From the NCBI GenBank assembly GCA_030167145.1, contig CP126532.1, positions 510,001-542,000 on the forward strand: a stretch of DNA of 32,000 bases, read 5' to 3'. Source of the DNA: Ktedonobacterales bacterium. Its GTDB lineage: Bacteria > Chloroflexota > Ktedonobacteria > Ktedonobacterales > JADMIN01. The notes under the pieces are model-generated. The model searched no databases and had not been told where the DNA came from. It worked only from the letters and a program-made list of their open reading frames with translations. Position numbers and translations under genes: made by a program. Positions 16,128 to 23,421 of this stretch are shown here, piece after piece; the first letter of the stretch is position 1, and the number at the start of each line of letters is the position of its first letter.

Positions 16128-16187
16128 GGTAGGACAGGAATGTCCGCCTGCTGCTGCCCGCTGAGAGACAAGAATGTCTGTCCTACC
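16128..16187. repeat. composite REP-like element: a 10-bp inverted repeat enclosing two half units, between convergent genes
   Basis: GGTAGGACAG (16128-16137) is the reverse complement of CTGTCCTACC (16178-16187). Internal cores are GGACAGGAATGTCC (16132-16145) and GACAAGAATGTC (16167-16178). The element lies between the stops at 16108 (+) and 16209 (-). Confidence 0.75.
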
Positions 16188-16208
16188 GGTGTATCGGGTA
16201 TGCGCCGA

Positions 16209-17477
16209 TCAGAAGCAGCAGCAGGCCACCGCCTCGCGCCGGGCAGCGGTTAACTCCTGATACATCGCGCGCACGGTGTCGCCAATCCGCCGCCAGTCGA
16301 AATGCTCCACGGAGGGCCGAGCCGCCGCCGCAAGCCGGGCGCGCAGCGCATCATCACCCAGCAGGGTATCCAGCCGTTCGGCGAATGCCTGGGCACAGCG
16401 CCAGCGCACCAGCAACCCATTCTTGCCGTCGCGCACGATGCTGGGCAGCCCGCCCACCTGCGCCGCTACCACCGGCGTGCCAGCGGCCAATGCTTCCACC
16501 GCGACCAGCCCGAAGCTTTCGTAGCGCGAGGTGATGACCAGCGCGTCGGCGGCGCGGTAGTAGTTGACCAGTTCTGGCTGCGCCACCGCGCCCGGAAACT
16601 CTACTCGGTCGCCGATACCCAGCGTTTCCGCTAGCGCACGCAGCCGCTCTACTTCAGCGTCACCAGCCGGGTCGCCGCCAATGACGATTAGACGCGCCGG
16701 TATCTTCATCTGCGCTACGCTCTCCAACAGCAGGTCCAGCCCTTTGATGGGGTCGAGCCGACCAACGGAGAGCAGTGTGGGGGCATTGGTAGGGGCGTGC
16801 GTGGGTGCGAGTCGCTGGCGCGCGGCGCGGCGATCTTGCGGGGAGCCAGGCGTGAAGGCACGCAGGTCCACACCGCAGGGAATGATCTGGAGTCTGCTGG
16901 CGGGCAGACCATAGAGCCGCCGCAACTGCTCGCGTTCATGCTCGGTCGAGACTATGATCGTATCCGCGCTGGCCGCAATACGCCCTTCATGCTCGATACG
17001 CAGGGCGCTCGCGGGCGAGGCCGGCCCTGCTGGCGCACCATATTGCTGGCTCTTGAGCCGCTCTACGGTGTGGAACATCGTCACGTGCGGCACGTCCCAC
17101 TCGCGAGCAAGAGTCATTCCGGCAACGGCTGAAAGCCAATAGTGACTGTGGACGAGATCATAGCCGTGCTCGCCACGTTCCGCGAAGCGCGCCACACGAC
17201 GGCTGAAGTCTTCGACGTAGGGGAACAGTTCGCTTGGCGGCAGGGGCAGCGCCGGTCCAGCGGGAATGGAGATGAGACGCACATGGTCGTTGAGGCATTG
17301 CATCGGGGGGGCGGTGGGATCGGAGCGCCGGGTGAAGATGTCTACATACATGCTGCCACGCCCCAGCTCGCGGGCCAACTCGCGGACGTACACGTTCATC
17401 CCACCGGCGTCACGTGTGCGCCCCAGCGGCGCGAGAGGCGAGGTGTGCAGGCTCAGCATGGCAATCCTAAAACACAT
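16209..17477 (-). CDS. GT4-family glycosyltransferase, MshA-like
   Basis: 422 aa. The N-terminus RIAMLSLHTSPLAPLGRTRDAGGMNVYVRELAREL closely resembles the MshA N-terminal motif. Also contains HSHYWLS, a C-terminal ESFGLVAVEALAAGTPVVAAQVGGLP and the GT-B E-x7-E region. Confidence 0.85.
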   Translation of the reverse strand: MCFRIAMLSLHTSPLAPLGRTRDAGGMNVYVRELARELGRGSMYVDIFTRRSDPTAPPMQCLNDHVRLISIPAGPALPLPPSELFPYVEDFSRRVARFAERGEHGYDLVHSHYWLSAVAGMTLAREWDVPHVTMFHTVERLKSQQYGAPAGPASPASALRIEHEGRIAASADTIIVSTEHEREQLRRLYGLPASRLQIIPCGVDLRAFTPGSPQDRRAARQRLAPTHAPTNAPTLLSVGRLDPIKGLDLLLESVAQMKIPARLIVIGGDPAGDAEVERLRALAETLGIGDRVEFPGAVAQPELVNYYRAADALVITSRYESFGLVAVEALAAGTPVVAAQVGGLPSIVRDGKNGLLVRWRCAQAFAERLDTLLGDDALRARLAAAARPSVEHFDWRRIGDTVRAMYQELTAARREAVACCCF

Positions 17478-17725
17478 GGGCCAACCTCGCCATCCGCGCG
17501 GCGTCTGCCCATAGACTCTCGCAGATGCGCGGCCACCGGCCTTCGCTGGCCAGTGCCGGTTCCTCTCTGGCGATCAGACCTATCTGACCGCGATAACACA
17601 CTTCTGGCATACTACTACCTCATTTGCTTCCAGCATCGGCGCATCCCAGCGACGCGCGACGCATCCGCACACTTCCCTAAGTATACTATTGCATGTCATG
17701 GGTCTGCCAGCAACAGAAGACATGC

Positions 17726-17781
17726 GCTGACCTGGCGCTGACCTGGCAGTGACCTGGCAGTGACCTGGCAGTGACCTGGCG
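17726..17781. repeat. five-copy tandem repeat, 11-12 bp period (core TGACCTGGC)
   Basis: The copies are GCTGACCTGGC, GCTGACCTGGCA, GTGACCTGGCA, GTGACCTGGCA and GTGACCTGGCG. The array lies in the divergent intergenic region and ends 22 nt upstream of a -35-like TTGACG. Confidence 0.9.
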
Positions 17782-17803
17782 CGGGCCAGCCCAGGCTATT
17801 GGC

Positions 17804-17832
17804 TTGACGCCGCGCGCCGCCAGTTCCATAAT
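17804..17832 (+). promoter_or_regulatory. sigma70-like promoter for the TPR/Roadblock operon
   Basis: TTGACG (17804-17809), a 17-nt spacer, then CATAAT (17827-17832). It sits about 120 nt upstream of the ATG at 17951. Confidence 0.45.
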
Positions 17833-17950
17833 GCCGAGGTGGGGCGCCGCGCGCATCGGGTCGCGTTTCCCCGTCGCCGCTGGGAAACACATGTGATCGA
17901 TGCGGCTTGTGGTGGGGAACAGGAATCAAGGGAAGCCAGGAGTCGTTGGG

Positions 17951-19906
17951 ATGGGGCAAACGGCGCTGAGCGACAGCCTGCGCGCGATCGAGGCCAAGAT
18001 TGCGGCGGGGCAAGCCGAAGAAGCGTTGACGCTCGCGCAGGAAGTGCAAGCGCGCTATCCGCGCGCTCTGGCCGTGCAGCGTGTCCTTGGCGAAGCGTAT
18101 CTTGCCCTGCGCAAGCCGCGCGAGGCGCTTGGCGCGCTGGGCCGTGCCCTGGCGGGCAACCCCGAAGACGCACGTGCATGTTGCGCGCGGGCCATTGTGC
18201 AGCAGTTGCAGGGCGATCCGCTCTCCTCGCTGGGATGGTACCGGCGGGCATGTGATATTACCCCTGATGACGCAGTACTGCGCTCGGCTTACCGTGAGTT
18301 AGCGGCGAGCCTGGGCCAGCCTGCGTATGAGCCGACGCGCATGGGGCTGGCACGCCTGTATCTGCGCGGCGCAGCCTATCCGCAGGCGCTACGCGAATGG
18401 GAGCAACTGGTACGCGAACAAACTGACGAACTGGTGCTCATCGGGCTGCTCGAGACGCTGTGGCGGGCGGGATACATACCAGCGGCACACGAGTGGAGCC
18501 GTCGTATCCTGGCGAATGCGCCGTCGTGCGTGAAAGCGCTGCTGGTTTTGGCGGCTGTCGAGCTTGACGCGGGCAATGGCGAGGAGGCCCAGCGCCAGAT
18601 ACGCCGGGCGGCTGAACTGGACCCCGAAGCGCGTATCGGTCGCGCGCTGTTCGACGACCGCATTGCGGCAGGCGATGCCGCACTGCAAACGCTCTTGCTC
18701 GGCGAGGAGGCGTCCAGCAGGCTGACACGCCCACCCGCCACGCTAACCCACCCGCGCGAAAATGGCTCGCGACCGCTGGCGGATGAAGCGACGCAACGTA
18801 TGCCAGGTGTGGTGTCGCAACCTGCCAGTGGGAGATCAGGGTCCAGAACGACCAGCGCGCCGCTCCCTGGCTCCACGTCGCGTCCGAGCGCGCTGCCCGA
18901 CGGATTCCACAACATCTTTGCCGAGACGGAGTACATGCTGTGGGGTCGAGATGACGACGAATCGGCGCGACGCCCTGTGCCGCCAGTCGCCGCACAGCCT
19001 GCTGCCGCGCCTGAGCCTGTTGTTCCACCAGCACCAGCGCAATCTACGCCAGAGCCAGCGGATATGTTCGCGCGCTCTGGGGTCATTGTGCCGCCCGCAC
19101 TGCGCGAACAAGCGACGGGGTTGGACGAAACGGAAGCTCGCGCGGCAATTAACTGGATCCAATGGCTACAAGCCCAAGGCGCACGGCCGCACGGCGCCAC
19201 CGCTGGCCCAGCGCCACAGGGGGGCGGCGCTATCGCGCCACGCCAAACGATGCCCATACGGCCTACCGGCCCATTGCCACCCGCCACGACCACCACGGAA
19301 GCGCTACGGGCAATGTTCGCAACGCTCGGTCCAGAAACGTCAGTGAACCGCGTCGTAGCGAGCAACGCCACACCAGCAGCCCGCGACGAGGCGGATGAGG
19401 CGCGGCAGCCGTCGGTGACGACGCTGGAAGCATTGGAGCAGGGATTCTTGCGTTCTGGATTCCAGGCGTTTGAGATGCGTCCTGGTGAGCTGGCGACTTT
19501 CGCTATCCAACCTGAAGCCGACGCGGAGACCTCCCCTGAGAGCCAGCCGCTCACCAGCGATGGAGCAGCCGCCGACGCTGCTGCGGTCGCGTTGGAACCG
19601 GAGACGCCCGCCGAACCGGACATCCAGGCGCCTCCAGATTATCCGGCGCGACTGGACCTGGCGCGGCAGCGGCGCGATGAAGGCAAGCTACCCGATGCGT
19701 TGACCGAATATCGCTTGATATTGAAGAACGCGCCGGAGTTGCTCGCGGAGGTCGTCAGTGAGTTGGAAGCGAGCCTGGAACAAGCGCCAGAGCAATCCGA
19801 AATTCACCGCCTGCTAGGTGATGCACGCTTGCGGCAGGGCGATTACCTGAGCGCGATAGAATCGTATAATCGGGCAGTGGCGCTCTCGCAGTCCGGGGAG
19901 GGCTAA
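17951..19906 (+). CDS. TPR-repeat protein with a long Pro/Ala-rich central low-complexity region
   Basis: ATG at 17951 with AGGAG 8 nt upstream. There are N-terminal TPR-like helices (AEEALTLAQEV..., YPQALREWEQL...) and a C-terminal TPR (LPDALTEYRLILKNAPE..., GDYLSAIESYNRAVAL). The central region of about 300 aa is rich in P/A/T/S. Confidence 0.75.
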   Translation: MGQTALSDSLRAIEAKIAAGQAEEALTLAQEVQARYPRALAVQRVLGEAYLALRKPREALGALGRALAGNPEDARACCARAIVQQLQGDPLSSLGWYRRACDITPDDAVLRSAYRELAASLGQPAYEPTRMGLARLYLRGAAYPQALREWEQLVREQTDELVLIGLLETLWRAGYIPAAHEWSRRILANAPSCVKALLVLAAVELDAGNGEEAQRQIRRAAELDPEARIGRALFDDRIAAGDAALQTLLLGEEASSRLTRPPATLTHPRENGSRPLADEATQRMPGVVSQPASGRSGSRTTSAPLPGSTSRPSALPDGFHNIFAETEYMLWGRDDDESARRPVPPVAAQPAAAPEPVVPPAPAQSTPEPADMFARSGVIVPPALREQATGLDETEARAAINWIQWLQAQGARPHGATAGPAPQGGGAIAPRQTMPIRPTGPLPPATTTTEALRAMFATLGPETSVNRVVASNATPAARDEADEARQPSVTTLEALEQGFLRSGFQAFEMRPGELATFAIQPEADAETSPESQPLTSDGAAADAAAVALEPETPAEPDIQAPPDYPARLDLARQRRDEGKLPDALTEYRLILKNAPELLAEVVSELEASLEQAPEQSEIHRLLGDARLRQGDYLSAIESYNRAVALSQSGEG

Positions 19907-19974
19907 TCTTCGCCGCGTGCAGATGCTGCGCGAGCGGAGGGCGGGTGACTGGACTGGAACCAGGAGGACGACAC

Positions 19975-20322
19975 ATGGACACGATATTACAGCGGCTCTT
20001 AGAGATTGACGGCGTGACAGGCGCGCTCCTTGTAGGCAAGGATGGGCTGGTGGTGGCCAGCACGCTGGAAGGCGAAGACGAAGAGTTCCTCGCCGCCATG
20101 GCTGCCGCTTGCTATGACGCGACCGGACGCTACATAGACCAGCTTGGCATGGGCGAGGTGCGTCACTCGCTCTACGAGTTGCCAGCGGGCGCGATTCATA
20201 TCGCCGATGCTGGCGAACTGCTGATCGTTGTGCGCTCGAACTATCAGGCCAATATCGGACGCATCCGCATGGAGTGTATCAAGGCGGGGCTGCACCTTGC
20301 CGAACGCGCGGGCAGCTACTAA
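19975..20322 (+). CDS. Roadblock/LC7 (MglB-like) domain protein
   Basis: 115 aa. LLEIDGVTGALLVGKDGLVVAS...EEFLAAMAAA...LLIVVRSNYQANIGRIR fits the Roadblock/LC7 pattern. RBS AGGAGGA sits 6 nt upstream of the ATG at 19975. Confidence 0.8.
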   Translation: MDTILQRLLEIDGVTGALLVGKDGLVVASTLEGEDEEFLAAMAAACYDATGRYIDQLGMGEVRHSLYELPAGAIHIADAGELLIVVRSNYQANIGRIRMECIKAGLHLAERAGSY

Positions 20323-20331
20323 GCCATTGCG

Positions 20332-21603
20332 TCACACGCGGCGGCGGCTCTTGCTGAGCGCTTTGCGCGAGAAGGAAAACGCGAGACCTTCCTGCTCGGC
20401 GAAATCCTGAAACAGGCGGTAGAACTGCTCGCGCTCGTACGTGGAGATGACGGCGGCGGCATCGGCGGCCTCAATGGGGTAGGGATAGCCAGTGCCCGCG
20501 ATGGTCTCGGCACGAACGGCGTCCATCACTGCATCCAGCAAACCGGCATCGAGGATCCAGCGTGGGAATTCCAGCCGAGCCGGTGGTCGGTCCTGCGCCG
20601 CCTGAAAGTAGACGAAGGCGATCTGATCGGCCTGTTCGCCATAGTTCATACTGTGCATATCATCGCGAGCAGAGAGAAACGCGGGTGTACGGTCGCCCCA
20701 GCGCAACGCACCGCGCCAGAGCAAAGCGTCATGTACACCACGCGCCTCCGGCAGCGCATCCGGCTCATCCAGCCCGCGCAGCATCGTCACGATGTCGCGC
20801 GCATAGCTCGTGTCAATATAGGCTACCAGCGGGATACGGAACTCTGTGGAAGCGCGCAACAACCGGCGCGCCGCCTCCACATAGCGCGTGCGATACGGTG
20901 GCGAGAGCGCGAGCGCGAACGAGACAATCAGGCTGCCATCGTAGAAGGCGACAACGGAGCCGGGAGCGGCGTCTTCACGGCGCTGGCGCGCATGATGCTC
21001 CATCCGCTCCACCAGCGTGCGAACCTCAAGCTCGAAGCGGCGCAGATGCACGACCTGTGTGGAGTAGGTGAGTGCCGCGCCCGCACGGGCATCGGATGCC
21101 TCGCGCTCGGAGACGAGCAGGTCGTCTGGCGTGAGCAGTTCGATGATGGCGTCTTTGATGTAGGGCGCAGGCGGCTGATGCGGGTTCTCGTAGAGGGAAA
21201 CCTGCACCAGCGCGACGGGAATCGAAGCGTCACGCCAGGGCGGAAGCTGGCTACCATCCACGGCGAAGGTGGTGACGTTGCGGATGCGCTCGGCCCAGGC
21301 GCGCGCCTCGCCGTGATGCGTGAACGACTGGCCGAACGGCAGCACGGGCATGTCGTGGCTGCTGAGCTGGCGCCATGTATCGTACTCGACAGTTGCATGT
21401 GCGCCCACGGAAGGCGCGCTTTCGGCGTGCATGCGCCGCGCCTCCTGCACAGCCTTGAGCGCATTCGCCGACGCATAGTGTGCGCCAAGGGCCGCTAGGG
21501 CTTCGCGATACGTGTCCAGGTGCCGGCGATAGCGGTCTTGGTAGCCCGACAACGCTGCGCGTTTCTGTTTCAGTTCCGCAGCCACCTTTTGGGTATAGAG
21601 CAT
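20332..21603 (-). CDS. nurA: NurA-domain nuclease family protein
   Basis: 423 aa. Contains TTFAVDGSQL and VVAFYDGSLIVSF (the two DGS-type motifs), IPLVAYIDTSYARD and GTGYPYPIEAAD, all characteristic of the NurA fold. The start lies 26 nt downstream of the preceding gene's stop. Confidence 0.75.
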   Translation of the reverse strand: MLYTQKVAAELKQKRAALSGYQDRYRRHLDTYREALAALGAHYASANALKAVQEARRMHAESAPSVGAHATVEYDTWRQLSSHDMPVLPFGQSFTHHGEARAWAERIRNVTTFAVDGSQLPPWRDASIPVALVQVSLYENPHQPPAPYIKDAIIELLTPDDLLVSEREASDARAGAALTYSTQVVHLRRFELEVRTLVERMEHHARQRREDAAPGSVVAFYDGSLIVSFALALSPPYRTRYVEAARRLLRASTEFRIPLVAYIDTSYARDIVTMLRGLDEPDALPEARGVHDALLWRGALRWGDRTPAFLSARDDMHSMNYGEQADQIAFVYFQAAQDRPPARLEFPRWILDAGLLDAVMDAVRAETIAGTGYPYPIEAADAAAVISTYEREQFYRLFQDFAEQEGLAFSFSRKALSKSRRRV

Positions 21604-21629
21604 GACGCCGACACCCCTTTCACCTCAAC

Positions 21630-23159
21630 CTACCCCGGGTAATGCAACGTGCCTAGCTGCATGGCGCAGAGCGGCTGCACCTTGACGAAATATAGGTTGC
21701 CGTTGGACGACCAGTAAATGGTCTTCTGTCCACCCGATTGATTGCGCGAGGCAGAGATGCTGTAGCTGCCAAGGATAACATTCGTGAAGGTGAAGTTGCC
21801 GTTCGCGTCTACAGTGGCGCGGTAGTCGTTGGAAAAGTAATAGCCAATAGGATTCGCATCCTTCGAGAGCGCAATCGTCAACGCTGGATTCTGCGGCGAC
21901 TTATCGAGATGCCCGGTGACATTGACGGGCGCTTGGAGCGCAGTCTGCGCCTGTTTCCCTTCGGGGGTATCGGCGTAGCGTTTCGTCAATGTTTGATAGG
22001 TGGAGATGGCGCTCTGGCAGAATTGACCGCTGATTTGCTGCTTGCCCAATGCAAGATAGGCTGTCGCGGCGGCGGCATGGGCCTGTGGCGCGTAAGCGCT
22101 GGCCGGTTTCTGCGCTTGCACCGCTTCCAACTGCTTGACAGATTCGGCGAACTGCCCACCGTTGAATAGTTGGAGGCCATACTGATAGGCGGCGAGTGCC
22201 TCGGTCCCTTGCACCTCACTCTTGCATGCGGTGTCGCAGGCGGCAGAGCTGGCGTAGGTATCGAAGTACGAGAGCGCGGTCAGATAGGGGACGTCCTTGG
22301 CGTTGGCGGTCACCCAGGCGGTAAAGCCCTTGAACATTCCTGCGTAGGCGCGCATGACCTCGTCACCGCTCTCGGCATAGTTGGTGGCCACGACGGAAAA
22401 GGCTGCGACCGACCGGGCATAGTCGTGCGCTTTGAGCAGACTCTCACCCCACTCATCGTAGACGCGAGCGATGTCGGGCGCGTTTGGCGCGGATTCACCG
22501 GCAAGCGTATACTCGTGGATGGCTGCTTCGTAGATGCCGCGCCCTTCGAGCACGCCCGCCTGCATACGATGCAGAGCGGTCGAAAAGTTCAGCCCGCCGA
22601 TGCCCGTGCCCGTCAGCAGTAGACAAAAGAGCGCGGCGAGGCCAATCATCGAAAGGGCACGACGTCCTACCGCGATGCGCAGCAGTGTCACGAGCAGCGT
22701 CACGCCCGCAAATATGAGCGCCAGCCGGCCCACCACCACCGCGCCATCAGCCCAGTCCGCGCCAGCCAGCACCTCAGTGGCCGAATAGACGAGCGAGAGA
22801 AGCGTGAAAACACCAACCACCAGAAACGCCGACATCCAGAACGGGAAAGGACGGGCGAGCAAGCCGACGAAGCCAGTATGTTGGCCAGATGGGTGCTGGG
22901 CAGGCGCGGGACGGCTCAGCACGTAGGTTGGCGCAGTGTAGTCGGCATGTGCGTCAAACGTGCTCGGCAGTGTGATGTCCCCAATGGGAAGGGTTGTCGC
23001 CGCGCGCGTATCATCGCTCGTTTCGGGTGATGTTGAGGCGAGTATCGTCGCGCTCGCCTGGCTTTGCCGCGCCTCATCGTGGCCGTGCGAGACATCTGGT
23101 GCGATACGTTCAGTCGAAGCGGGCTGCGTCAGTTGCGAATCAAGCTGCGCATCGTCCAT
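21630..23159 (-). CDS. membrane protein: cytoplasmic N-terminus, 3 TM segments, extracytoplasmic TPR-like region and a C-terminal carboxypeptidase-regulatory-like beta-sandwich
   Basis: TM segments are FPFWMSAFLVVGVFTLLSLVY, VVVGRLALIFAGVTLLVTLL and MIGLAALFCLLLTGTGIGGL. The C-terminus reads VNVTGHL...TVDANGNFTFTNVILGSYSISA. I chose the ATG at 23159 (GGGGAGGA 10 nt upstream); the ORF extends to 23240. Confidence 0.65.
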   Translation of the reverse strand: MDDAQLDSQLTQPASTERIAPDVSHGHDEARQSQASATILASTSPETSDDTRAATTLPIGDITLPSTFDAHADYTAPTYVLSRPAPAQHPSGQHTGFVGLLARPFPFWMSAFLVVGVFTLLSLVYSATEVLAGADWADGAVVVGRLALIFAGVTLLVTLLRIAVGRRALSMIGLAALFCLLLTGTGIGGLNFSTALHRMQAGVLEGRGIYEAAIHEYTLAGESAPNAPDIARVYDEWGESLLKAHDYARSVAAFSVVATNYAESGDEVMRAYAGMFKGFTAWVTANAKDVPYLTALSYFDTYASSAACDTACKSEVQGTEALAAYQYGLQLFNGGQFAESVKQLEAVQAQKPASAYAPQAHAAAATAYLALGKQQISGQFCQSAISTYQTLTKRYADTPEGKQAQTALQAPVNVTGHLDKSPQNPALTIALSKDANPIGYYFSNDYRATVDANGNFTFTNVILGSYSISASRNQSGGQKTIYWSSNGNLYFVKVQPLCAMQLGTLHYPG

Positions 23160-23421
23160 TACGTGGTCATCCTCCCCGGCAACATGTATCATCGTCAGTA
23201 TGTGCGCGAATATCTTAGCCACTATACGCCCGCTCGCCATCCCAAGGGTGGTCCGCGCCAGCGTAAGCAGGCCAGCGGGCGCGCGAAAGCCGCGCCTTCC
23301 AGAATATATGACGAGCGAATGCGCTATGGTATCCCTCAGACGCCAGGATAGGTGTGATGCTGCTCACACATCCACGTTTTGCGCTGACATTGCAGAATAT
23401 TTGCCAGGAGTTACGCTAAAG

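Noticed and set aside
15029-16171. 380-aa minus-strand ORF antisense to the GlcE-like gene
   Set aside because: Extremely Arg-rich with no motifs. The sense-strand protein has clear FAD-binding motifs.
16209-17477. Reading the MshA-like GT4 together with the DUF3090-like gene as evidence of a mycothiol pathway
   Set aside because: The two genes are 9 kb apart and no mshB/C/D-like genes are in the window. N-terminal similarity to MshA does not fix the acceptor substrate, and I cannot verify any family-level linkage from memory.
17726-17781. Tandem repeat considered as a CRISPR array
   Set aside because: The units are 11-12 bp and directly abutting, with no spacers, and no cas genes are present.
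17914-17930. GGGAACAGGAATCAAGG as a further REP-like copy
   Set aside because: It shares only ACAGGAAT with the core, lacks the complementary TGTCC arm, and overlaps the 5' UTR/RBS region of the TPR gene.
18376-19623. 415-aa minus-strand ORF antisense to the TPR gene
   Set aside because: Low-complexity Ser/Ala/Gly/Arg composition, no RBS and no motifs. It mirrors the Pro/Ala-rich region of the sense gene.
20653-21498. 281-aa plus-strand ORF antisense to nurA; similar cases at 26849-27658, 7074-7766, 10550-11158 and 12972-13373
   Set aside because: The same reasoning applies. Each lies antisense to a gene with clear motifs and has skewed Arg/Pro/Ala composition.
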